Program-made: the position numbers and the translations under genes
Shown here: piece by piece, positions 1 through 13,023 of the stretch
Layout of the letters: every line of letters begins with the position of its first letter
Position numbering within the stretch: the stretch's first letter is position 1
NCBI RefSeq assembly: GCF_006345805.1
Contig: NC_043015.1
Span: 1,612,001 to 1,676,000, forward strand
Direction: 5' to 3'
Source of the DNA: Octopus sinensis
Taxonomy: Eukaryota
Length of the DNA: 64,000 nucleotides
The notes under the pieces: model-generated
Databases searched by the model: none
Seen by the model: the letters and a program-made list of their open reading frames with translations, nothing else
What the model was told of the DNA's origin: nothing

Positions 1-197
1 CTGCTGGTGTGCCCGTATAAAAGCAACATAAGACATATCATGCAAAAAATCTGCATATTCATCGGAGATGCGTTCCTATGCTTTCACAGAGGGTCACTGA
101 CCTTATATGATCTAACGGTTGTTTGTGTTACTGAAGTTTCCTGTAAAGATCTATGGATATATAAAGAGAGGGAGACGGGAACGGAGAGGAAGTGAAT

Positions 198-275
<78 letters not shown>

Positions 276-635
276 CTGGGGAGAGAAAAACAGATGGACA
301 AACAACGATAGATACACAGGGATAGAGAGAGGCAGGATGACTGAGAGTTTAAAAATATCATACAAAAAAAACAGTATTTTTAATTTTTGTTATTTAATCA
401 AGTTTCAGCTCACGAGCTGTGGCCATGCTGGGCATCGCCATGCAATTTCTTTTTTTTTTACTGCAATTAATACTTCTCAGCGGTTTCACATATAAAATGA
501 GAGGATCATTGTAATATAATTTAATAGTAGCCCCCTTACGATCTTCAGATATGATAACTGTATCAAACAGAATTTACCTTCTTACAAACGCAAAAAAGGC
601 AAACTTTGTATAAGTTTGTAACATAAATTTGTTTA

Positions 636-910
636 GCAAGAGTGGCTGTGTAGTAAGTAGCTTGCTTGCCAACCACATGGTTCCGGGTTCAGACCCACTA
701 CGTGGCACCTTGGGCAAGTGTCTTCTACTATAGCCTCGGGCCAATCAAAGCCTTATGAGTGGATTTGGTAGACGGAAACTGAAAGAAGCCCGTCGTATAT
801 ATGTATATATATGCATATATGTATGTGTGTATATATGTTTATACTAAATGTGATGTTCCAGCATGGCCGCAATCAAATGACTGAAACAAATAAAAGAGTA
901 AAAGAGTAAA
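636..910 (+). mobile_element. tRNA-derived SINE, family A (head + internal TA-rich spacer + partial 3' tail)
   Basis: A-box-like GAGTGGCTGTGTAGTAAG and B-box-like GGTTCAGACCC, body ...CACCTTGGGCAAGTGTCTTCTACTATAGCC...GGAAACTGAAAGAAGCCCGTCG and tail CCAGCATGGCCGC...GACTGAAACAA; the same sequence recurs many times in the window. Confidence 0.85.
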
Positions 911-1351
911 GAAGAACGTTATATATATCATATATCCAAAATGAAGGCGCAAGAATAGTTTAGAATATATTGAAGTTTAAATGAAAAACAAAAGTCATGT
1001 TGAACTTAGGCTTTCCTTATATTCTGCAATTAAAAAATGCTTCTTTGATATTTCTATGTTTTACTGGTATGTTTTGTGATCACTGATTTTAAAGAAATAT
1101 TAAAAATCCGGCTGCCTAGTGTTTATACAGTTCTCAGCAGTCGAAGTTTGAAGTAGGATACCTCTTATGTGATTAAATGTACACTCTATTTATATGAATA
1201 ATATATAGTCTATTGACATAGTGATCAATGTATGTATTGCTCAATTGTTCCGGCCCTTCATCAAATTCTCAATACCTACACACTTGTGCAGTGTACCACA
1301 TGTAACCTGTCAAATTACTGCTGAGTTCAGTAAGTGCATCATTTACTTGTT

Positions 1352-1742
1352 GTCTTTTACTTGCTTCATTCATTCATTAGGCTGTGGCCATACTTGGGCA
1401 CCAGCTCGAAGAATTCTAGTTGAACTTATCGACCCGAATAATCATTTTCATGGGCGTATTTTTTATTTTTGTCCGACTCTTTAGACGAACCACTTAGATA
1501 CAGAGACGTAAATAAACCAATACCGACTGTCAAACAGTGGTGCAAGAAAAACACATCCACAAAAGAAGCACAAACACACACACATTCAACGGGTTTCTTT
1601 CAGCTTCGTTCTACCAAATCAACAATGTTTTGGTGGGCACAAGGTTAGAGTAGAAGACACTTTCTCAAGGAGCCACACAGTGGGACTGAACAGGGAGCCA
1701 TATAGTTAGAAAGCAAACTTCTTACCACAGACGCAGTGCCTA
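1352..1742 (-). mobile_element. SINE family A, diverged full-length copy
   Basis: Reverse complement of the family A head (GTAGAAGACAC..CAAGG..CCACACAGTGGGACTGAAC..CTTCTTACCACA) and 3' part (TGGCCATACTTG..CGACCCG..GACGTAAA). Confidence 0.75.
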
Positions 1743-1820
1743 TAAGAATATATATATAAACATATATATATCGCTAGCCAATACACATTCTTTTATCTCT
1801 ACTTGTTTCTTTCCGTGTTC

Positions 1821-1856
1821 CTTTCAGTGGAAGAGCGTAGGTTCGAAACGTTAAAG
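1821..1856 (+). ncRNA. Degenerate minimal type I hammerhead-like motif in a ~160-bp repeat (about 1790-1950)
   Basis: cttt-CAGTGGA-AGAGCGTAGGTTC-GAAACGTT-aaag; same element as the copies at 28147, 29320 and 43150, with a mutated core. Confidence 0.45.
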
Positions 1857-2069
1857 ACTTTTTTACTTCCCGAGCGTTATACTAACACATCCGTTTGTTA
1901 TCTACACCCCCTGTCTTCGTCTTTTGTTTTTTTTTGTGAATTCTCCCCCTATATACATACACATATATACATGCATACATACATATTTAAATATATACAT
2001 TCATACCTACATATATTAATGCATATATATATATACGACGAACACTTTGCTGTTCCCTTCCCTCTCTCG

Positions 2070-2147
<78 letters not shown>

Positions 2148-2216
2148 TTCATTCATATGCACATATGCATATATGTGTGAGTATGTTGATTATGTTTATG
2201 CAGATATAGGATATGT

Positions 2217-2589
2217 GTGGAGGCGCAATGGCCCAGTGGTTAGGGCAGCGGACGCACGGTCATAGGATCGTGGTTTCGATTCCTAGATCGGGCGTTGTGA
2301 GTGTTTATTGAGCGAAAACACCTAAAAGCTGCACGAGGCTCTGGCAGGGGATGGTGGTGATCCCTGCTGTACTCTTTCACCACAACTTTCTCTCACTCTT
2401 ACTTCCTGTTTCTAACAAGGGGCCGGACTTGTCACTCTCTGTGTCACGCTGAATATCCCCGAGAACTACGTTAAGGGTGCACGTGTCTGTGGCGTGCTCA
2501 GCCACTTACACGTTAATTTCTCGAGCAGGATGTTCCGTTGATTCGGATCAACCGGAACCCTCGTCGTCGCAACCGACGGAGTGCTTCCC
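2217..2589 (+). mobile_element. tRNA-derived SINE, family C, full length with 12-bp TSD
   Basis: tRNA-like head GGAGGCGCAATGGCCCAGTGGTTAGGGCAGCGGAC...GTTTCGATTCC; flanked by direct repeat TATAGGATATGT at 2205-2216 and 2590-2601; near-identical copy at 19736-20118. Confidence 0.9.
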
Positions 2590-2642
2590 TATAGGATATG
2601 TATGTACATATGGCAACATACATGACTTTGCATGACTGTTTT

Positions 2643-2678
<36 letters not shown>

Positions 2679-2690
2679 ATATATATATAC

Positions 2691-2790
2691 NNNNNNNNNN
2701 NNNNNNNNNNNNNNNNNNNNNNNNNNNNNNNNNNNNNNNNNNNNNNNNNNNNNNNNNNNNNNNNNNNNNNNNNNNNNNNNNNNNNNNNNN
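2691..2790. other. Assembly gap (100 N)
   Basis: Run of exactly 100 n characters between a TA tract and an AAT-rich tract. Confidence 0.99.
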
Positions 2791-2956
2791 TAGGATTGCA
2801 GTTCCATAATAAATAAAAATGATAATATTGACAATTATAATAACGATAATAATAATAATAGAATAATAATAATAATAATAATATATAATATAATGTATAG
2901 TAATAGTAATATAATAATAATAATAACAACAACAACAACACAACAACAACAACAAC

Positions 2957-3002
<46 letters not shown>

Positions 3003-3012
3003 TAATAATACG

Positions 3013-3566
3013 ATGTAGTACCAGGCAGTGGCTCTCGTGGCTTCTGATCTTAACTGATTGGGAGTGTTATCATGTCCATTGTTTTGTCTTAGTATAAAAA
3101 GATGGGCTACAGCAAATATTTTGCTCAATGCCACAGATTTGCTTGTCAGTTGTTTGAGCCAGAACCAGTTGTGCATGTCCAATAGTGGATGACGATATGT
3201 GCATCTCTGATCACGAGCAGAAGTAGTGGGGGAACATCATAGTCATGTGTTGAGAGGGAATCTTTGGGATTTGGATAATTCACATTTGGAAACATGGTGT
3301 TTTGTTCAACATCTTTAAAGAACCGTTATTCAGGGACCTTTTGAGAGGTATGGGTTACCCGATCAGAAGAAAATTCTAACCGGGCCCCGCCAGCAAGGTC
3401 ATGTGCTGTTTATCTTGATACGAGATCACCATGTTGTGCAAATATGGTTGTGATGCATGTAGCTGGTATATTCTTATCAGACGAGTTATCATGATGGATA
3501 TATTGGGTTTCGTCTATCTCACCCTAGTGTCACTTTGTTGGCTTGCACTGCTCTCTTACTCAATAA
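3013..3566 (+). mobile_element. ~550-bp interspersed repeat embedded in (AAT)n; second copy at 48948-49472
   Basis: Collinear similarity between the two copies from GTACCAGGCAGTGGCTCTC to CTGCTCTCT(T/C)ACTCAATAAT; both flanked by AAT-family microsatellites. Confidence 0.75.
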
Positions 3567-3572
3567 TGATAA

Positions 3573-3616
<44 letters not shown>

Positions 3617-3649
3617 ATAATAATAATAATAATAATGATAATGAAGATG

Positions 3650-3862
3650 ATTTCAAATTTTGATACAAGACCAGCTGTTTGGTGAAAGAGAGTAAGTCGA
3701 TTACATCAACCCCAGTGATAAACTGGTAAATATTTTATCGAGCCCCCAAAATACGAAAGGCAAAGATGACCTCAGTGAAGTTTGAACTCAGAGCGTGATG
3801 ACGGGCGAAATGCGTCTAATCATTTTGTTCGGCGCGTTAATAATTATGCCAGCTCGCCGCAT
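3650..3862 (-). mobile_element. SINE family E (Nin/Deu-domain-like), diverged
   Basis: Reverse complement of the GGCGAGCTGGCA head and the GTTCAAA..GAGGTC..TTTGCCTTTC..GATAAAAT..ACCAG core. Confidence 0.7.
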
Positions 3863-4559
3863 TAATTAGTAACAACAATAATGCTGATGATGACGATTGC
3901 GATGATGATGGTGATGATTGCGATGATGATGATGACGACGACGATTATGATGATTTTTGAGTCGACGACGGCGATGTTGACGACAGCGTCCATGCCAAGG
4001 TTTGAGATGGCAGCAGTGCTTGTAATGTTGAGGTGGTGGCAGCAGCCGTGTTGGCAATGGCGATAATATTGGCGGCGGCGGGGGCTGCGGCGGCGGCAGC
4101 GGTGGTGATGGTGGCTGTAGGGTGATGATGATGATGTTGCAGGTGATGACTGAGTGACGGAGACGACCCGGACGAGGCGTCACTCTGAGCAAGACGCCTA
4201 CGAAACTTGTGCTAATCAGTGAAATTCCGCTTCCACACACGCCACAACCATTACGCTTATTTATATCATTTCGTTGTTTGATTTTTATTTTTTTTTATTT
4301 TTCCTTGTTTCGTATTTTAGATATTGTGCGTCTTTTGTATTTCACGCCGATAAATTGGGAACTTTCTTTCTTCCGGAGCCTAACACAAACCGGCCGATCC
4401 TTTGGCTAGCATAGCCGCGCCTCTCCCGGATCATTACTCCCCATTACTTTTCCCACATAACGGGACGACATAATTCTCCCTCCAATCACCAACTAATTTT
4501 GCCACCCATCCTCAGACATGCGTTCTCTCACGTCCACACACTTATATAACATTTAGTTG

Positions 4560-4771
4560 CTCAAACATGCTGATACCACTCACATGCATACATACAATCA
4601 CACTCATACAAACACCCCACCCACACACACAAGTATACATACAATATATACATGTAGTATATATATATATATATATAAACGAACGGGGGTATATATATAT
4701 ATATATATGTCATATATATGCGTGTGTACGTGTATATCTATACATATACACATACAAACACACACCCATGC

Positions 4772-4811
<40 letters not shown>

Positions 4812-5491
4812 ATGCAGATATATATACATGTCTGTGCGCGTGTGACACACACATTCATATAAACATATATTCATAAACATGCATACACACACACACACAT
4901 ATATACATACATGCAAATATACATTCATGCACATATACATTAATACGTACAAACACGTTCACACATACTACTTATGTTCACATATACATACATACATGTA
5001 TTGATATGGACACATATTTATATACATACTCACTTACATTGACATATATACACACACATACATACATACATACATACATGCATACATACATACATATATA
5101 CATGCATACAGACATACATATATACATACATGCACACATACGTACATACGTACATACATATATACGTACGTACATACATACATACATACATACAAATATG
5201 CATACATGCATACATACATGCATACAGACATACATATATACATACATACGTATATACATACACACATACATACATTCATACATACATACATGCATACATA
5301 CTTACACACACATATATGCATACATATATACATACATACATACACGCATATAGGCATACATACATACATACATACATACATACACACATTTAGGCATACA
5401 TACATACATACATACACACATACATACATACATAAATACATACATACATAAATACATACATACATAAATACATACATACATAATACATACA

Positions 5492-5525
<34 letters not shown>

Positions 5526-5570
5526 CATACATACATACACACATATAGGCATACATACATACGTACATAC
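4560..5570. repeat. Compound (TACA)n/(CA)n/(TA)n microsatellite block, representative of dozens in the window
   Basis: Direct reading; (TA)n, (GATA)n, (TACA)n, (AAT)n, (CAT)n, (GA)n and (AAG)n tracts occupy much of the window. Confidence 0.95.
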
Positions 5571-5579
5571 GAATTTCTT

Positions 5580-6086
5580 TTGTGATAAACGTCACCATGA
5601 CTTCGCCACTGAGACACTCCTTGCTACTCTCACACCTCCACCGTGTGATCCACCACCACCGCCGACTCCGTTGGCTGTCACTGGTCAGACCTGACCTCTT
5701 TTAGGACACGTGTGGCTATCGATGGCTAATTGATTTGAAGAGTTTATTTCTGTCATTTTTTACTCACTACATGGCACCTTGAAGACGAAACAACACACGT
5801 CTACGCCATCAGTGAAATGGTTGACGAGCGAGCAGCATGTCCGTGTGTCACCGGAGTGTGAGAGAGAGAGAGAGAGTGAGAGAGTTTGGGACGGCGCAAG
5901 TGTGAATGTGTCACGGCGTGAGTGGTGTGTATGCGTGTGAGTGCATATGTGTGTGTGTGTGTGAGTGTGTGTGTGTGTGTATGTGTGTGTGTGTGTGTGT
6001 GAATCTGTTTCCGTGCAGCCTCGTGTTGGCGGTGATTGAGTGCTTGTGGTCCGGCGCTTGAGCGCGCGCGTGTGTTAATGCATGAC

Positions 6087-6163
<77 letters not shown>

Positions 6164-6250
6164 GGTCTACAAACCTGGAAACGGCTAGCGGGAACAGACG
6201 CAGCTGCAACTTGAACGAGAACAGCAACAAGAACACACAATACCCGCTAC
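5580..6250 (-). promoter_or_regulatory. CpG-rich unique island; candidate alternative first exon ending GCC-ATG-TA|GTGAGT (donor 5762-5767)
   Basis: Plus strand ACTCAC-TACAT-GGC at 5762-5775; CpG-rich non-repetitive sequence between microsatellites. Confidence 0.35.
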
Positions 6251-6336
6251 CACTACTACTACTACTACTACTACTATCACCACCACCACCACCACCACCA
6301 CCACTACTGTCGCCACCACCGCTTCCACTACCACCT

Positions 6337-6369
<33 letters not shown>

Positions 6370-7035
6370 ATACTACTAAAATAATAACAATAATAATAAT
6401 ACCGCCACCACCACTTAACATCCACGTGCTGCCTCAGCATTAACCAGTCGATATCCACCCATCCACCCATCCACCCCTCCATCCATCCATCCACCCATCC
6501 ATCCATCCATCTATCCACCTATCCAACTCACTCCATCTATCCATCTATCCATATATCCATTTATCCATCCATGCATTCGCCCATTTATCTATACACCGCT
6601 TATTCTCCCACCACCACCACCACCGAAGCTCTATCTAATCAACATCCATCCCTAGTGAGAAAGAGAATGACCAACATTATGGCAAACGACATAAATGAGA
6701 GATGCTGAAAATGATAAACGGTTAAACGATGAGTTATCTACCGCATCCCTTATATATATTTATTTGTATTTTATTTTATTCTGTTGCGTTTTACTTTTTC
6801 CCCGTTGCTGTTGCCTCACACCATCAGTTTTCTACATCTCACCCCTCCCTCTCTCTCTCTCTAATTTTCCCCTCACTGCCCACTCCTTCTACCCCACCAC
6901 TCTCTCTCGCTCTCGCACGTGCGCTCCCTCTTTCTTTTTACTGAAGAAATCATGGTTGGTTGACAACCGGAATCTCCGGTCGACGTCCCTCCTAATTCTG
7001 TCCCTTTCACATCAATTATTATTATTATTATTATC

Positions 7036-7077
<42 letters not shown>

Positions 7078-7132
7078 GATGTTGTTGTTGTTGTTGTTGG
7101 TATTATTATTATTATTGTTGTTGTTGTTGTTG

Positions 7133-7163
<31 letters not shown>

Positions 7164-7189
7164 CTTTATTATTATTAATATTATCATCC

Positions 7190-7241
<52 letters not shown>

Positions 7242-7855
7242 CATTATTTTAATGGAAGTTAGGCAGACCTCTAATTCTCGTTCTCCCAACTCCCTGTCAG
7301 AGACCGCTCGTCTGCTTATCAATTTTACTTATTTATTTTCTTACTATATTACACACACACACACACACAAACAGGCACGCACATACAGACACATATATAT
7401 ATAGTTTAATTTACACGGTATATGGTTATGAGCTACTAATAGTGTCATTCACTGGAGATGTTATCTAGGCAGGTTTTAATAACATGCCTAGTGTCTTCAG
7501 ACTGAACCATACACGGCCAATAAAGGTTACAAATCAAGACAAGAGAAATTACGAGAAAAAAAAAAAACAGGAGACAGGTATATGAAAACATTGGAAGGGT
7601 GAAAAAAAAAGGGAAAAAGTGAATTAGAGTTATGTCCCCTTTGACCCTTTGCAACTTATTTTTTATTCCCCCTGACTTCTTTTCTCTTGTCTTTAATTTT
7701 GTTATTTCTCCGAATGTGTATCTGTGTATGTATGTATTCCTCTCTTATTTCGTTAAATTTCCCTCATTCATTCTGCTGTGTCCATCTTCTCTTAATATGT
7801 ATGTGCATGTATATATATGACGTATAAATATATGTGTGTGCGTGTGTGTACGATG

Positions 7856-7916
<61 letters not shown>

Positions 7917-7991
7917 TATATCGATCTATCTATTTATGTATATATCTATATAAGTATATATATATATATATTTATTTTATTTTATAGAAGG

Positions 7992-8041
7992 AGCTTCTAC
8001 AGGACTAGAACTGTTCCATTCAATGAAATCATCAGGAAGCT
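7992..8041 (-). ncRNA. Type I hammerhead-like motif with a one-base core variant (GGAA for GAAA)
   Basis: Minus strand AGCUUC-CUGAUGA-UUUCAUUGAAU-GGAACAG-UUCUAGUC-CUGUA-GAAGCU: 6-bp helix I, helix III ACAG/CUGU, GUA cleavage triplet. Confidence 0.6.
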
Positions 8042-8048
8042 ACATATA

Positions 8049-8102
<54 letters not shown>

Positions 8103-8162
8103 TATACACATATATATATATACATATATATCTACAAAAGTATGTATTATATATATATATAT

Positions 8163-8216
<54 letters not shown>

Positions 8217-8887
8217 TATATATATATATATGTATGTATATACACACACATATATATACACACATATACATATGTATTTCCCCTCTCTCTCATTCTCACT
8301 CTCTCACTCTCCACACACTCTCTTCTCTACATTAAACTCTCTCTATTCAGTTACACTTTTTCACATGCTTTTCTATCTCCGAAATATTCCCCCCTCCCAC
8401 TGCCACTTTCTTCTTTCCTCCAACTCTATCGTCCGTCATCTTGCCCATCCAGATACACTGTACGAAACGACTTTTTATGGATGACTATCTATAAATCTTT
8501 GCGATAAACTTCTATTTTTCATAGAAGCCGCTTAAACCTTAACCACAAATGTTTCATACTTTTTTTCCATGGACATTGCATACATTTTCTAAGTATCTTA
8601 TATTTTCAATAGTATTTTCTAAAAATCTTTTTTCTCCTATTTTGATCTCCAGACATTTTGAAGATTTTACTCAGATTATTTTTCTTTACTCCACAGACTT
8701 TTACAATAACACCTCGACTATCGCGTATGTTACGTTCACAAAACCCACGAGATGGATGAAAATCCGCGAAGTAGAGACAGTAGTCTATTTACATTATTTA
8801 CATTCGATGGTATTAACCACTACGCCATATGCCTGCGGGTTACTAACTCCAAGATTCCGAGTTCGATTCCAAGCAGCGACGTGAATG

Positions 8888-8961
<74 letters not shown>

Positions 8962-8992
8962 TAATAATAAACATGAAGAAGAAGAAGAAGAA

Positions 8993-9023
<31 letters not shown>

Positions 9024-9074
9024 AAGAAGAAGAAAGAAGAAGAAGAAGAAGAAGAAGAAGAAGAAGAAGAAGAA

Positions 9075-9997
9075 GAACAACAAAAGCTATAAAACAAATG
9101 AAATCCAAACTAAAAATAGAACCGCACGAACCATGATAAAACGATGGCAAGAAAAGCCCCTTCATGGTAATACTGCACTAAACTAAACGCAAAAGAAATA
9201 GACAAAGAAAAATCCCAGCAATGGTTGAGAAGCTCAGGACTCAAAGCAGAGACAGAGGGATTTTTAATTGCAGCACAAGACCAAAGCCTCCCCACCAGAA
9301 ATTACCAAAAACATGTAATGAAAAGAAATATTACAAGTAACTGCAGAATATGTGGAGATGGACAAGAATAATAATCATATTATCTCTAGCTGCCCAGTCC
9401 TGGCTAAGAAGGAATATATTCACATGCATGACAGAGTTGGAACCTACATACATTGGAAGCTATGCCAACATTATGGAATAACAAGATGGTATGCACACAC
9501 CAGAAAAAGGGTCACAGAAAACGAGAAAGCAACCATTACTCTGGGATATGCCGATACACAGATAGAGAAATTAAGGCCAACAGACCAGATATAGTTGTCA
9601 GAGATCATGAAGAAAAAAATGCTTTCTAATTGATGTATCATACCGGCAGATGACAACGTGTCTCTAAAAGAAATGGAGAAACTCTCAAAATACAAAGACC
9701 TGGAAATAGAGGTAACTAGAATGTGGAATCTGAAAACAGAAACAATTCCTATCATAGTAGGTGCATTAGGCATGATAAAAAAATATTCAGACAAATACAT
9801 AACAAAAATACCAGGACTTACAAACACATATAACATACAGAAAATTGCACTACTAGGCACTGCACACATCCTACGCAGAACACTTTCCATACAATAACCA
9901 TCAGAGCATCACAACAAATCACAGCACATACCCAAGGAACACAGAGCTGTGCTCGGTAGTGAAGTGAAAGCACGCTATAAAAATAAAACTACTGAAT
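9075..9997 (+). mobile_element. 5'-truncated, frameshifted R4/Dong-clade non-LTR retrotransposon (RLE endonuclease C-terminus + 3' UTR) with (AAT)n tail
   Basis: Frames give KRWQEKPLHG, QWLRSSGLKAETEGFLIAAQDQSLPTRNY, CCHC-type CRICG..HIISSCPVLAKKEY..HDRV, RPDIVV..LIDVSIP and KEMEKLSKYKDLEIEVTRMW..IPIIVGALG (PD-(D/E)xK RLE); ends in (AAT)n. Confidence 0.92.
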
Positions 9998-9998
9998 G

Positions 9999-10055
<57 letters not shown>

Positions 10056-10090
10056 TCGAAAATGAGAACCCAGGTTCGAAATTTCCCCAA

Positions 10091-10136
10091 GACACCTGTA
10101 GTAGGCTGGAGGGTATTTCAGCCGAAACTTTGTGTT
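10091..10136 (+). ncRNA. Degenerate type I hammerhead-like motif in a short repeat (about 10055-10225)
   Basis: gacac-CTGTAGTA-GGCTG(gagggtattt)CAGCC-GAAACTTT-gtgtt: helices I and II pair but the core is mutated. Confidence 0.45.
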
Positions 10137-10544
10137 AACAACAAACAAGATGAGGACAAATATCCGTCGAATGTAAATGATGTAAATAACGTACATAATT
10201 CCTCATCTCTTAAATATAGAACTGGATTCCTAGAGACATCCGAAATGATCCGAACCTTGAATACGATATAATCATTTGATGTGTAATTGTCATTATACTT
10301 TGCGATAAATGCACCAAGCAACTTCAATGGTGAACCTCTTCGGGTTTACACCTTGTATTGAATGCTCTGTTAATTTACTGTACCCCAAATCCAGTTTTCC
10401 TTATTTTACATTCTGTTAAGCAGGTGACTTATTCGACCACACAAACTTACACTCCTACTTTCTCTCAGAAGATATCTTTTTCTTTCTTTCTTTCTTTCTT
10501 TCTTTTTCTTTCTTTTTCTTCTTTTCTTTCTTTCTTTCTTTATT

Positions 10545-10593
<49 letters not shown>

Positions 10594-10813
10594 ATATCTA
10601 TATATATATATATATGCAGTGTACATTTAAACACACAAGAAGCATCCATCATTGGACTCCTTCCACCCTAGAGAGAACAGTTAAATTCCCAAACACTATT
10701 AGGGATAACATTTAGGGATTAAATGTACATTTTATTTATATGAATAATATATTGACTAATTTTACACTTTAGGCAACTGGTAATGGAAATTTCTAATATT
10801 TCTGATTACCCTT

Positions 10814-10847
<34 letters not shown>

Positions 10848-11679
10848 ATATATATATTATATATATATATATATTGTATGTATGTATATTTTATATTTAT
10901 ATAAAAAATTTTTTTTTAAATTATTAATTAATTAATTAATAAAAATATATATATATAAAAATATAATACATATATATATATATATGCATATATATATATA
11001 ATTTATAAGTTTAATTATTTAAATAATTTTTTATTTTTAACTTTTATATTTTAAATTAATTTTATGTATTGGCTTATGTTTTTCACTGTTTGATTTGCCT
11101 AATAGTGATTTTATCACTAATTTAATATAATATTATATTATATATTTATACTATAAAATTGGATATAATCCTAAATCTAATTTTTCCCTGTAAGTTTGGA
11201 TTTATTCCCTAATATTATTATTATTATATATATATGTGTGTGTGTGTGTGTGTGCGTTTGTGCGTGTGTGCGTGTGTATGTATGTATGTATGTATGTATG
11301 TATGCATGTATGTATGTATATGTTACACACACACACACACACACACACATATCTTTATATTTCGGGACGGTCGTCTGTTTTTTCTTTTACAAAATAAACA
11401 CATACCCTGTATATTTATTCTTCACTCGTTTATTACTGTTCTTATTCTATTTTCTGTCCATTGTCTGGAAATCTGTCGTCACGTATCTGTGACCTCTTCA
11501 GTGACCATTCCCATTAACAGGAGTCCCCCTGCAACGCGGAAATCCGTTATTATGATCAAACGGTTAGTAAAAAATTCAAGGTCATGAATTCATTGTTAAG
11601 TTGCAATTAGCATCAATTATTCAGTCACAGCTAAATTTTCCGTTTATTGTTATCAGCCTCATTATTATTATCGTAAACA

Positions 11680-12045
11680 AAGGCAGCGATCTAGACCAAC
11701 GCTAGCATACCGCACAAAAACATTTTAGCGGTATTTTACATCCTGAGTCCAAATTCTCCGTGGTCAAATTTGCTTTTTATATTTTCGTGCCAAATACGTA
11801 CCATTCGAGCACAAAATTTCAGACTTTGTGCCTATAGCAGAACTGGCAACACCATTAACACGCCGGACAAAATATTTAGCGGCATATCTTCCCGTTTTAC
11901 GTTCAAAGTTCAATTTCTTAAAGGTCGACTTTGCCTTTAATCCTTCCAGGTTCGGTAAAATAAGTACTAGTCGAGCAGTAGGGTCGATGTAAATCAAATA
12001 CTGCCCTCGTTCAAAACTTCAGTCCTTGTTCATCTAGCAGAAAGT
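11680..12045 (+). mobile_element. Two adjacent diverged SINE family E (Nin/Deu-like) copies
   Basis: AAGGCAGCGA.. head, GTTCAAAG..AAGGTCGACTTTGCCTTTAATCCTT..GGTAAAATAAGTACTAG core. Confidence 0.65.
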
Positions 12046-12627
12046 TCATTACTATCAGAAACTCATATCCAAAAATAACCACATTCACTTTTCCTTCTGT
12101 ATGTGTATTCGTGTGAGCACGGATGTATATGTATGAGTTTCTCTTATCCTTGAGTGTGTGCTTATCACCCTCATTTTGTTCTCTTTCTTGTTGTTATTGT
12201 TCTTCTTTTTCTACTTCTTCTTATTTACTTGCCCTTTCTTCCTTCATTTACACTTTATTTCTTCCGCTGGTTCTCCCTTGTTCAGTTATCCCATCTGCTA
12301 AAAATATAACAGAAATTAACCCGATACGTGATTACAGCGGAATTATTCCAGCTTCTAACTATCACCGTTAAAGAAATCGTAGACGAGACATCTCACCTAC
12401 TCCTCCACACTGTCCGATCCCACATAAATGACCATACACACACATTCATACACTTACACACACGAACATGTATACCCAAACACATGCACAAATACGAATA
12501 AGTAAAGGTACACATTCATACATACATACACACACACATACATACATACTTACATATATATATATATATATATATATAGTGGAGTTGTGCGTGTGTTTGT
12601 ATGTATTTAATTGTGAACATAGTTGTC

Positions 12628-12660
<33 letters not shown>

Positions 12661-12702
12661 GTATATACATATATATATACATATATTTATATACATATAT
12701 AT

Positions 12703-12761
<59 letters not shown>

Positions 12762-12923
12762 TTCGGTGCACAGTGATGGCTAAAATCTTTAAGCTTGTAA
12801 AATAATCCCATCGTTATTATTTACAGATATATGTGTGTATGTATGTATGTATGTATGTATGTATGTATGTATGTATGTATGTATGTATGTATATATATAT
12901 ATGTATGTATATATATATATATG

Positions 12924-13023
<100 letters not shown>

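Noticed and set aside
2217-2295. tRNA-like sequence (also near 20040-20118, 34381, 42240-42318 and 45010)
   Set aside because: These are SINE heads continuous with SINE bodies and, in two cases, bounded by TSDs; they are not tRNA genes
9658-9897. Clean 79-aa ORF as a host gene
   Set aside because: It is the C-terminus of the frameshifted RLE retrotransposon
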